Below, in pieces: positions 19,408-28,709 of a stretch of 64,000 nucleotides of DNA. Source of the stretch: an uncultured bacterium. Its GTDB lineage: Bacteria > JAGOEH01. The stretch is taken from contig CAZWDO010000007.1 of assembly GCA_964632485.1 (NCBI GenBank), positions 62,001 to 126,000 of the forward strand, in the 5' to 3' direction. Below the pieces are notes generated by a model. That model had not been told where the DNA came from, did not search any database, and saw nothing but the letters and a program-made list of their open reading frames with translations. Each line of letters begins with the position of its first letter. Within the stretch, counting starts at the first letter, position 1. A program made the translations under genes and the position numbers.

Positions 19408-21587
19408 GGTATTACCATTGCTTCAATTTTCAGAGTGTTTTCCATGATCGTATTTTCAATTTCAGTTTTATCCGGTGGATCATTGACTGTATTTAAATAG
19501 AGTTGAAAAAACTGGTTTGATTTGACCGGCTGTTGCAAGTAATAAAAATCGATTCCTAAATTTTTTAATAAACCCGGATCGCGAGTATAATTGAATTCCT
19601 GTTGATAATATTCGTACGCCTGAAGATGATGGTCCAGGGCTTTCTGAAAAAGTTCCGAGCGAATGGGGTAATGAGCTTCATCCGCGGGTAATTGCAACGC
19701 GCTCAACGCGTAAATATTGCCGATATTGGTATAGGCCATGGTATAACATGGGAAAATAGCAATCGCCTTTTGAAAATAGCTTAGGGCTTTTTTAAAATCG
19801 CCATTTTCCAGACTGACATTAGCGATATTATAGTAAGCCCGTTCAAGATTTGGATGGTATTTCAGCGCCTGCTGCCAATGTTCAACCGCATCTGCAGTAT
19901 AGAACCGGGCTTGATCAATTTCTCTCTGAGTATTGAGTTGCGCGGCTTTATCAATTAAGACGCCAGCCAGCCAAAAATGGGTTTGGTAGTCCCAGGGCGC
20001 ATAATGAAGGGCGTTCCGATAACCAATCTCCGCGCTTTTTAAATTTCCGGCGTTTTTAAATAGCTGGGCTAAGGTGTTGAAATAATCCCGACGAAGAAAT
20101 TGGTATTGATAAAAAACAGACAATCCCAGCCAAATCAACAGAACGCCAAGCAGAGGCCAGGCGGCCAGGCGCCATGAACGATGCGACTGAGTTTGTCGGA
20201 CCATCCAGGCGGCAATAATGGCGAACGTCAATAACGGCCAAATATTATGAAGCGTAAATCCAAACAACGACTGTAAAAAAAGAATTACCAAATATATAAC
20301 CCCAAAAGCCAAACGCAGAATCCGGGATTTGGACTGCTCCTTTCTGGCCTGCAAGATACCCAACCAAACCAGTCCAGCCCATATCCAAATTCCCAAAATC
20401 AACCCGATGGTTCCTAATTCCGCCCAAAATTGGAGAACTTCATTATGGGCATCAAACGCTATGGCTCCGGGCCCCGACAATTTATCAGCCATCATCTTCT
20501 CCTGGAGTCCGCGATGTCGAAAATATTCAATTTGCCAATTGCGTAACCCCACTCCCCAAACCCAATGATTACGAATAATGGGCCAGGTATTTTTCCAGAT
20601 ATAATAACGAATCAGCAAATTTTCATTTTGTCCGGATTGCCAATAGGCCGGGCTTAATTCACTCAAACGCAGAAAAACCAATTTAGCCTGATTATGAAAG
20701 GCAGCCTGTAGATTCTGGCGCGTATCGAAATAAGCGCTATCCTGCTCAAGATTACGGCCAAAAGATACAAAATAGCGATCGGGATTGACTCGCCAGGGTA
20801 TCAACCGCGCTCCAATATAAAATCCAACCAGCCCCAAAAATAGAATAGAACCATATATTAAAATCCGCTTTCGGAAATGGGCAAATGATTGTCGGTATAT
20901 AAACAATAGGGCGGTTCCGGTTAAAAATAGCATTAAAATCAAACTCAAATAGGCGGTTTTCGATATCGTCGCCATCAATGTAAAAAGATTTAAAACTAAC
21001 GAAAGCAGTAAAAACCCTTTAATTCTTTTAGATTGGGGACAAGCCCAGAGCATAAAATGAGCCCAAATCACAAAAATCAAATACTCGGCCAGGAAATTTT
21101 TATTGCCAAAAGTACTGACCATTAAATTTTCGTATGCATAAGTCTTGGTTAAAAAATCCCAACCGCTAAATTGCAAAAGTCCATAAAAACAGATGGGTAA
21201 AGACGATATAACCGAGGCGTAAAGAAACGCGGGTAAGGGGTCCTCACCCTCAGGCAATTCCCGTACCAGGATATAAACTGAAAAAGCAAGCGAAAGTAGC
21301 AACCCGTATTCAAAACCCAACCAGGGGTTGATGCTCCATAGAAGTGATAACAACGCCCAAGCGCCAAAAGCAATGATAACCCAGTCAATAGGAAAAATAA
21401 GAAGGCTTCTTTTCCTGTCATGCGTCGCCAGTTTAAAAAGCTGCATCACTAACCAGATCGTAACGAGCCCTGCAGCGACAAGATGTTTGGGAGCAATATA
21501 TAAACTGGGGCGGTCATAAAAAGCAAGAGGTACAAGTAACCCCAATAAAAAAACAAAAAGAGTCGAAAATTTTAATTTTTTCATCAT
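19404..21587 (-). CDS. O-antigen ligase (Wzy_C/WaaL/O-OTase-like) membrane protein with C-terminal TPRs
   Basis: About 12 TM helices; STFGNKNFLAEY, RYYIWKNTW..IRNHW.WGVGLRNW, AHNEVLQFWAELGTIG; TPRs (AYYNIANV, AYTNIGNIY). Confidence 0.87.
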   Translation of the reverse strand: MMKKLKFSTLFVFLLGLLVPLAFYDRPSLYIAPKHLVAAGLVTIWLVMQLFKLATHDRKRSLLIFPIDWVIIAFGAWALLSLLWSINPWLGFEYGLLLSLAFSVYILVRELPEGEDPLPAFLYASVISSLPICFYGLLQFSGWDFLTKTYAYENLMVSTFGNKNFLAEYLIFVIWAHFMLWACPQSKRIKGFLLLSLVLNLFTLMATISKTAYLSLILMLFLTGTALLFIYRQSFAHFRKRILIYGSILFLGLVGFYIGARLIPWRVNPDRYFVSFGRNLEQDSAYFDTRQNLQAAFHNQAKLVFLRLSELSPAYWQSGQNENLLIRYYIWKNTWPIIRNHWVWGVGLRNWQIEYFRHRGLQEKMMADKLSGPGAIAFDAHNEVLQFWAELGTIGLILGIWIWAGLVWLGILQARKEQSKSRILRLAFGVIYLVILFLQSLFGFTLHNIWPLLTFAIIAAWMVRQTQSHRSWRLAAWPLLGVLLIWLGLSVFYQYQFLRRDYFNTLAQLFKNAGNLKSAEIGYRNALHYAPWDYQTHFWLAGVLIDKAAQLNTQREIDQARFYTADAVEHWQQALKYHPNLERAYYNIANVSLENGDFKKALSYFQKAIAIFPCYTMAYTNIGNIYALSALQLPADEAHYPIRSELFQKALDHHLQAYEYYQQEFNYTRDPGLLKNLGIDFYYLQQPVKSNQFFQLYLNTVNDPPDKTEIENTIMENTLKIEAMVIP

Positions 21588-21663
21588 GTGAATTAAACTC
21601 GAAATCGATGAATTAGTTTCGAAAATTAAACTCCATGCTTGATTTAACGGTATTTAATAAAAA

Positions 21664-22560
21664 TTAAAAAGTCCGACTTAGGGTGACTGACGTAAAATCG
21701 GATAAACCTTCACGAGCCGGCAGCGCAGTGTAGATGAAGCGATACGATCGCCAGGCAAGTTGGAATCCCAGCGAATAATTTTGATAAAAATCATGGCGAC
21801 TTTGGTATCCTGCCAGGAGATAAAGAAAACGAGTATAGCCAATTTCTGCGCCAACGGAATAAAACGATTCACCATCGGACTTGCCGCTATGAACAGCCAG
21901 CAAGCCATGCCAATCATCACTCAAATCTATATCATGGCTTAAGCCGATGGTATAGGCAATAGGCAGGGAAGTTTTTGTACCCAGATCATGGATAATAAAA
22001 CCAAAATTCTGAATCAATCCTCCCAAACGCCAATGGGGATTAGCAAAAAGCAGATAGCCGACCCCCAGATCAAAGGAAATTGCCTGGGCTGAATTTTGAT
22101 AAATCCGCTGAAAGTTCCACTGAGACGAAATTCCCAAATACCAATTAGCGCTGGTTTTAAAACCGATTCCATAACGAGCCTGGATAGAATATGCCTTGAA
22201 TGTCGCAAGCGGTTCCTGGGTTGGATAATCCGGATAATACCCAATATTTCCAAAACTTTCATAGCTGAAAAAACAAGCATTAGTAATTTTTTTTACCGGA
22301 AAGCGGCCATAAATATTGGTTTGTTTAAAATCAGCCCAGGCGCTGTTGAGCATCAAACCCCATTCAGAATCGGAAAAATCGGCTAACCAGGCCGGGTTTC
22401 CAATAATTGACTGCTGATCACCAACAGCAGCGGCGCTATTGCCCAGGGCGGTTAAACGCCCCCCTTTAGGCATCTTCAAAAACCCGAAACCTGCCTGCAG
22501 TTTGATGGAGAACGTTAGCAACATCACAAAAATTGTCAGGAAAGATAACAGAAATTTCAT
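21664..22560 (-). CDS. PorV/PorQ family outer-membrane beta-barrel
   Basis: Signal peptide; GFLKM..GGRLTALGNS...NPAWL; AISFDLG; C-terminal F. Start set at ATG 22560. Confidence 0.82.
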   Translation of the reverse strand: MKFLLSFLTIFVMLLTFSIKLQAGFGFLKMPKGGRLTALGNSAAAVGDQQSIIGNPAWLADFSDSEWGLMLNSAWADFKQTNIYGRFPVKKITNACFFSYESFGNIGYYPDYPTQEPLATFKAYSIQARYGIGFKTSANWYLGISSQWNFQRIYQNSAQAISFDLGVGYLLFANPHWRLGGLIQNFGFIIHDLGTKTSLPIAYTIGLSHDIDLSDDWHGLLAVHSGKSDGESFYSVGAEIGYTRFLYLLAGYQSRHDFYQNYSLGFQLAWRSYRFIYTALPAREGLSDFTSVTLSRTF

Positions 22561-22573
22561 TAAGGAAAATCCT

Positions 22574-23488
22574 TTAAAATAAGGTGCAGGTAAAACAATG
22601 AAAATACTCATCAGTCACTTTTTCACGCCAAAGCGCATAAGCAAACTCTCCATGACGCTTAATAAATATAAAATCAAAATTGAAACCACCGCTCAAGCGA
22701 CCATTATGCAACGCAGTTTGCAATTCTATATGTTCCACTAATTTCAGGCCAAAAGCCAGGTTAAATTCATTGTCCGTTCCTTCCAGCCAATGATAACTGA
22801 TGCCGATGCGCCACCGGATAAAATCATGCTGCCAAGTAAAAGAGTGCCGCATGCCAATTGGGGCATCGAAACGCGTTTCTTTATCATCAGCTTGTTTGAC
22901 CTGCCATTGCAAGCGGGAACGGCCATCCCCGGAAAAAAGTCCCGGCAGATTAAAATGATTCAGGCTGTACCCGACCACACTGCGTTCAGCGAAACGATAC
23001 GTCGCGCCAATATCAAAAATAAACGCATCGGCAGATTGGTTGTTTATAGCCTCTGAAAGCAAACCGAAATGCGTCCCTATTGAAAATTTTCCAATTTTTT
23101 TGCCCAATAACAAACCGAATTTAATCGTTTCATCCTCAAAATTGCCGTTGAAATCGCCATTAATATCGCGGGCTTCAATATCACTGATCTTAAATTGCCA
23201 AAAAGAGAGTCCCAGCAGAATTCCTTTATTATTCAGCATTCCCATGGCGCTTGCATAGGAGCGATCCCATGATAAACGAATGATTGACAGTGTAAATTGC
23301 GGATAGGGTAAATCCGAAATCATAGCCGGATTAATCCGCCCCATTTCCATACTGCTGCTCCAAAGAGCTCCCTGGCCACCGGACATAGTTACCGCGCTGA
23401 CGGGTGTAAAAAGCGCTCTACTGGTAAATTCCTTCGCTTGAATCAGTGTAAATGTCCATAAGCACAGAAAAACCAACTGAAGTCTCAA
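22574..23488 (-). CDS. PorV/PorQ family outer-membrane beta-barrel
   Basis: Signal peptide; PVSAVTMSGG...NPAMI; IEARDINGDFNGNF; AFIFDIGATY; C-terminal F; TTG start after GAGGA. Confidence 0.78.
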   Translation of the reverse strand: MRLQLVFLCLWTFTLIQAKEFTSRALFTPVSAVTMSGGQGALWSSSMEMGRINPAMISDLPYPQFTLSIIRLSWDRSYASAMGMLNNKGILLGLSFWQFKISDIEARDINGDFNGNFEDETIKFGLLLGKKIGKFSIGTHFGLLSEAINNQSADAFIFDIGATYRFAERSVVGYSLNHFNLPGLFSGDGRSRLQWQVKQADDKETRFDAPIGMRHSFTWQHDFIRWRIGISYHWLEGTDNEFNLAFGLKLVEHIELQTALHNGRLSGGFNFDFIFIKRHGEFAYALWREKVTDEYFHCFTCTLF

Positions 23489-23495
23489 ATCATCC

Positions 23496-25129
23496 TCAAT
23501 TCAAGATAACAATTTTATTATAAAGCTCTTTACTCCCCGACTCCAAAGCCGGTTCAATCATATAAAAATAGGTTCCGTTAGGTAAATATTCACCCCCCGA
23601 GCCTTTACCGTCCCATTCAATAATATGTTTATTTGCAGGCTGCAATTCACCGAGATCAAGCGTATTAACCCGATGCATCGTGGGATCATATATCTGAATT
23701 TTGACCGATTGGGCAGACGCTAAACCAAACACAATCCGGCAGAGATCTCCCTGACGGGGCGCGAATGGATTGGGAAAAGCATAGGTCGGTTTCAAATCGA
23801 TCGGCGCAACCGGGTAACTTCGCTGAATATAGGAAAAACTTCGACCGTCATTGACCNNNNNNNNNNCCAGGCCAGCCCATGATTGGTCCCAATCCAGGTA
23901 TAAAAATTAAAACAGGCCAGTGATGCAACATAATTATCCGGCAGTCCGCTGCTCCGATCAAAAAAATAAAGAGAATCATGAATAAAGTCCCAGCAATATA
24001 ATCCAGTTTCGGTCCCAGCCCATAACAACGAATCCTGGGCAGCCAACGCCAGAGGGGCAATATTCTCAAACAACGGGGATGAATGCCACGTGGCGCCATT
24101 ATCTACCGTGTAAGCCAATCCATTTTTTTCATTTTCATTACCGCTACCGGTACAGGAAGCGAATACGTATTTCAAGCCCCCCCACCGATGCCAAATCAAC
24201 TCCCAGACCTGAGTGGCCGGAATGCCTGAATCTACGGGAAACCCATAGCTGTAAAAAGTTTTACCCCCATCCTCAGATTTTTTTATTCCGGCAGCAGTTC
24301 CCAACCAAATAACATTCTCATCATCAACTTTAACCGTTAAAGCAATATTATTGAAGTTGTTCATAATATCATACGAAGGGGGATAGAATGCAGTGGACAG
24401 GGTATCATTGGTAGAATCCATGTCCGGTATGGTTACATACCAGAGAGAGTCATGGATCGACCGGCGCAATAGGTTTCCCCGCAAATAGGCGCAATATAAC
24501 GTCGTATCAAAGCGTATGCATTCCATACCGATTTTCTGAGGAAATTCATCACGAAAAGGAATGGTCTCGAACCGCCATGCCGTTGCAGCCGGATCAAGAC
24601 TATAAATCCCGGTCCCTACCGGAACAGGCTGGTTAAAACCGGCATAATCCCTCATATAGCCTGCGGTTGCAATATAACCCCCGTCAAAACTTTTTCCCAA
24701 AGCGAAAATGAACTGCTGCTCATCTTCATACCGGAGATGGTACTCCCAACGATTTCCGAAATCATCACTCATCCCGATTCCTGCGCTGGTTAAAATCCAG
24801 ACTTCCTGCTCAAATGCATATATTTCATAGATATCATTGGAAGGAATTTCATATTCACTGGTTTGATAATTTTTATATAATGGCATTCGTGAATGATGGG
24901 AATTCATTCCGATTGAATGAATCACGTTATTCTCCGTTTGTCCATAAAATAAAGGATTTAAACTTTGTACTAATGTCTTTTTACTATGGAATTTTGCAGA
25001 GTTCCAAACTATTTGAGAATTTGAACTATCGCTAAAAGTTAGTGTTGGTGGACATACAAATACTATTACCCATAAAAACAAAAACTTAGGAAGGCGAAAT
25101 CCGTTCAAACAAAACCTGTTCAATATCAA
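23496..25129 (-). CDS. Beta-propeller (BNR/Reg_prop-like) protein with C-terminal FlgD-Ig/T9SS-like domain; one gene split into two ORFs by the N gap
   Basis: Asp-box repeats (SDDFGNRW, SEDGGKTF, TVDNGATW) and W.GT..GL blades. Across the gap GLAW|VNDGRSF continues in frame into YAFPNPF...EWDGK...PNGTYFY. Start uncertain. Confidence 0.78.
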
Positions 25130-26663
25130 AAAACACCTTATGAATAAATGTTAGCAAATTGTCCGCTTCTTCTTTGAGAGAAATTTCATGTCCTTCAGTA
25201 TCAAAATTCAGATTAATGATGATATTATAATAAGAACTTTGAGCAGCAGCTTCGATCATGCGCGCGGCAACTCCTAAATCAGTAATCGCGGAAGGATTGC
25301 AGTCACCCACGATTTGGGAAATTAATTCAACCAAAGCGCTGCAGATTTTGATAACTTCCAACGGTATCAAGCAGGCCTGGCGCACAATTGATTTTTTTTT
25401 CTCTTTTAACTCTGGATCTTCGGACCGAAATAATTTACTATTTTTCAATAAAATAGTCAAAGCTTCTGCATCGAGATCAATGGACTCAACCAACAATCGA
25501 TTTGCCACACGGATTTTAAGTCCGTACTGGTAGTATTGAGTATGAAGAGATTCATATTTTTTACTATAAAGGGTGGAATTGATAACCATCAATATTAGGC
25601 TGGCCCCCATCGACGCCGTATATGCCGCAGCTGAGCCTCCTCCCGGCGCTTGATGAGATCGACTCAGCGACTCGCCGAACTCAGTCAGCCCGGATTGTCG
25701 CAGTGATTGGATATACCGATAATAATGATTTTCAAACAATTGATTGTCATCGAATTGTCCATACCTGGCTAATCCCAGAGTTTGAACTGCCAAATCGATA
25801 TCTTCTTTCTCGCTGGCAATGCGAAAACTCTTCTGCTCAAAGCGAATACGTTCGGCCAAGTTCAGTAGCAAATCCCGATTGCATACTCCAACAAATTCAC
25901 TGCCAATCCAATTCATTTTATGCGCCAATAAACTTTTTTGCGCGCTAATAAAAATTTCATATAAATAACATTGGCTGTAATCGAACTCAATAACCAGTTC
26001 CCCCGCTTGTTTTTCATCCCGCCAGATGGGATAAACAAAATAAGTACCTTCAGCATCCGTATCAAGGCTTTGATCAAGTTCATCAATGATAGTCTCAAGA
26101 GATTTAAGGGAGTCGGTATTAGTTCCGATATGCCAGAACAGATGAGGTTTCCCCTGGCAAAGAAGAACATTCAGAGCAGTTGGCATAGAAGTATCCGCAT
26201 CGCTCTTTGATTGCGCTTCTGGCGTTTTTAATTGGATCCAATCTGAAGGAATAGCCTTAAAATCAACGACAGATTGCATCCAGGTTCGTTCAGGAACCTG
26301 AAATACGTTGGCCTGCAAGTGGGTTACTAAATTTGTTCCAAGTATTTTTTGATAAGCTTGTAGCTCATCTTCCATAATTCCACTTACAGAATACAACAAA
26401 CACCATAGGTTTAGGGGATGTTCCGAATCAATCCATTCATTCATGAAATTAGCCGTAGTCAGCAAAGCGTTTAGCATTGATCCGGGTTCCCCAATGAGTG
26501 TGATTACCGCTTGAAATTGTTCAAAGAGGACATTTATATCCAATAATTGGATACCCGTTTGAGCTGAAATGACAGAATGAAGTGTATCCCACTGTTGGGG
26601 AGCAAAACCGGTTTGAATGACACACTGGGCGCCAATGACAGGTTTTTTAAAGGGCATCATCAA
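25086..26663 (-). CDS. Formiminotransferase-cyclodeaminase-like protein (degenerate N-terminal FT domain, C-terminal cyclodeaminase domain)
   Basis: C-terminal APGGGSAAA..ASMGASL..MV, IDLDAEA, CNPSAITDLGVAA, YNIIINL. N-terminal GIQLLD...VITLIGEP and IGSEFVG align loosely with FTCD. Confidence 0.75.
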   Translation of the reverse strand: MMMPFKKPVIGAQCVIQTGFAPQQWDTLHSVISAQTGIQLLDINVLFEQFQAVITLIGEPGSMLNALLTTANFMNEWIDSEHPLNLWCLLYSVSGIMEDELQAYQKILGTNLVTHLQANVFQVPERTWMQSVVDFKAIPSDWIQLKTPEAQSKSDADTSMPTALNVLLCQGKPHLFWHIGTNTDSLKSLETIIDELDQSLDTDAEGTYFVYPIWRDEKQAGELVIEFDYSQCYLYEIFISAQKSLLAHKMNWIGSEFVGVCNRDLLLNLAERIRFEQKSFRIASEKEDIDLAVQTLGLARYGQFDDNQLFENHYYRYIQSLRQSGLTEFGESLSRSHQAPGGGSAAAYTASMGASLILMVINSTLYSKKYESLHTQYYQYGLKIRVANRLLVESIDLDAEALTILLKNSKLFRSEDPELKEKKKSIVRQACLIPLEVIKICSALVELISQIVGDCNPSAITDLGVAARMIEAAAQSSYYNIIINLNFDTEGHEISLKEEADNLLTFIHKVFFDIEQVLFERISPS

Positions 26664-26677
26664 AATAATGCTTTTTC

Positions 26678-26956
26678 TTACGCAGTGATGGAAGGCTGAG
26701 ATTGTTTTAAACGATTGATAAAAATCGATATTTGTGATTTATGACGCCCGACATTATTGGCATGTATCACATTTTTCTTTTCGGCGCGATCCAACATGGA
26801 AAAAAGTTTATCGGCAATTTTGCCGGCTTCCTGGATATCCTTAATCGCATGTAATTTTTTTGTTACAGTACGAATACTCTTTTTTACGACATGATTGCGA
26901 AACTTGGCAATCTGACTGGTTTTAATCCGCTTTTTCGCTGATTTATGATGGGCCAC
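26678..26956 (-). CDS. rpsT: 30S ribosomal protein S20
   Basis: AHHKSAKKRIK, KS.IRT..KK, LDRAEKKNVIHAN..GRHKS; GTG start after GGAGG. Confidence 0.96.
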   Translation of the reverse strand: MAHHKSAKKRIKTSQIAKFRNHVVKKSIRTVTKKLHAIKDIQEAGKIADKLFSMLDRAEKKNVIHANNVGRHKSQISIFINRLKQSQPSITA

Positions 26957-27183
26957 AACTAGCCTCCGGTTTTAATCGGTTAATAACGAAATATTAATTA
27001 CGTACCGATCTAATATATAAATTTTTTCTTAAATGTCAAGGGTTTTCTTAAACTATTTTAAATTTTCCAGGAGCTATGATCAAACCGGCATTACGCAAAT
27101 TCCGGAACAGAATGAAATAAAAGCTGGCATTCAATTGCCTTCAACAAAGGCAGGCAAACCGCTTCATCCCTAGTAAATTGGAA

Positions 27184-28188
27184 TTATTTCAGAAAATCAC
27201 TGATCTCAGCGCTCACTTTTTCCAATTCAGGTGTGATACCCAAATGACCATATTCATTATCTAAAACAAGCAGTCGCGCTTTGACCAATGGAGCGAACTG
27301 AAGCGCAGCTTCGGGATTGATCGAATGGTCCTGACGATTAATAATGATCAAAAGCGGGGTCTGAATCTGAGATGCTGTTTTCTCCCAGGAACCGGAAAAT
27401 GTCCGGCTGATATCGTGCGCCAGCATCGCCCGGCATTGCGCGCGATGGTTATAGGTCGTAAATATCCCATTGGGCTCGGTGTTCAACCCTTCATAAAAAG
27501 CCTCGAAATCACGGCTGGCAGTGCTTTTAACCCGGTGCGCGGGCGTAGTTGAATTCAAATTCTGCACCTGGCGCGACAAACGCAAAATTTCCCGTTCGCT
27601 CCAACCGCATTTCCATCCTTTTTCAATGATATCAACTTGTGTCTGGAATAACAATTTATCGTAGGAGCTCAACTGGGGAGTGCAAACATAGGCAATCGCC
27701 CGGGAACAAAATTCCGGATACGCCACTATCCATTCAAAAACCTGCATACTTCCCATTGAGCCACCGATAATTCCATACAAATGGTTAATTCCCAACACAT
27801 TATTCAAAAGTAAGTATTCAGCTTCCACCATATCTCTAATTGTAAAAGCAGGGAAAGAAGCATCGCCTTGCAGGCGGCTGTTCGATGGCGAGCTGGAAAT
27901 ACCATTTCCCAAAGCTCCAACCAGAATAACATAGAAATCCGTACTGTCGATCAGCTTACCCGGTCCGACCAATCCCACCATGTGCGCGGTTATTCCTCCA
28001 AACCATGAAGGATAGATTACCGCATTGCTTTTATCTATATTCAGTTTACCGAACGTCCTGTATTCCAGGCGGCACTCTTTAATCGTATCACCATTCACCA
28101 GGGGGAAATCCCCAATCTCCCCAAACTGAGGGTCGTCCATTGCAAAAAAAATATTAAACATCATCATCAGAATCGCAAGGGTTCTCAT
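27184..28188 (-). CDS. Exported alpha/beta hydrolase, homoserine O-acetyltransferase (MetX)-like
   Basis: YRTFGKLN..KSNA, LGNG.SSSPSN, FTIRDMVEA, GGSMGS nucleophile, D..(DHSINP), YGHL. Start ATG 28188 after AAGGAG gives a signal-peptide-like N-terminus. Confidence 0.85.
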   Translation of the reverse strand: MRTLAILMMMFNIFFAMDDPQFGEIGDFPLVNGDTIKECRLEYRTFGKLNIDKSNAVIYPSWFGGITAHMVGLVGPGKLIDSTDFYVILVGALGNGISSSPSNSRLQGDASFPAFTIRDMVEAEYLLLNNVLGINHLYGIIGGSMGSMQVFEWIVAYPEFCSRAIAYVCTPQLSSYDKLLFQTQVDIIEKGWKCGWSEREILRLSRQVQNLNSTTPAHRVKSTASRDFEAFYEGLNTEPNGIFTTYNHRAQCRAMLAHDISRTFSGSWEKTASQIQTPLLIIINRQDHSINPEAALQFAPLVKARLLVLDNEYGHLGITPELEKVSAEISDFLK

Positions 28189-28330
28189 AATAGCGCTCCT
28201 TATGGTATTAAGTTCAGAAGTGAATGACATCGCGGGGAAAACCAGGTAGTTGTTTTAACGTTTCTATTCACTTACCGATCATAAAAAAACAGTTCATCCA
28301 ATCAAAACCGCTGATAAACCTAAATTCCTC

Positions 28331-28359
28331 TTGACTTTTCCATAGAGAAAAACTATATT
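28331..28359 (+). promoter_or_regulatory. Sigma70 promoter for tRNA-Leu (TTGACT-17-TATATT)
   Basis: Hexamers with a 17-nt spacer, about 10 nt upstream of the tRNA. Confidence 0.75.
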
Positions 28360-28369
28360 GGTCGTATCG

Positions 28370-28451
28370 GCGAAAGTGGCGAAACTGGCAGACGCGCTGG
28401 ACTTAGGATCCAGTGGGCTATCCCATAGGGGTTCGAGTCCCCTCTTTCGCA
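28370..28451 (+). tRNA. tRNA-Leu (anticodon TAG)
   Basis: Acceptor stem GCGAAAG/CTTTCGC, anticodon arm CTGGA-CTTAGGA-TCCAG, long variable arm, GGTTCGAGTCC; CCA not encoded. Confidence 0.96.
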
Positions 28452-28657
28452 AATTCCTTACTATAGCTTCCCCATCTAAGTTTAGTCCTTAACTATAAAT
28501 CCAGTACTGGTAACCATGATCAGCTCCATGCCGTCAAGTCGCGCCCTTAAAAACTCCAATTAAAATAATCATCATGGGCGCCCAATCGGGAATCCTGCAA
28601 TAAAAAATTTTATTCCACATCCTGCACTTTTTTTTGGCTTTCTCCAACAAATCACCT

Positions 28658-28695
28658 AAAAAAAAAGCCTCAACCCATAATGGAATTGAGGCTTT
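28658..28695 (-). terminator. Intrinsic terminator after secF
   Basis: AAAGCCTCAA / TTGAGGCTTT stem with an A-run on + (U tract on -). Confidence 0.8.
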
Positions 28696-28709
28696 GAATC
28701 ATATTAAAC

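Noticed and set aside
28535-28620. 28-codon minus-strand ORF between tRNA-Leu and the secF terminator
   Set aside because: No convincing SD or promoter, and it lies downstream of a terminator.
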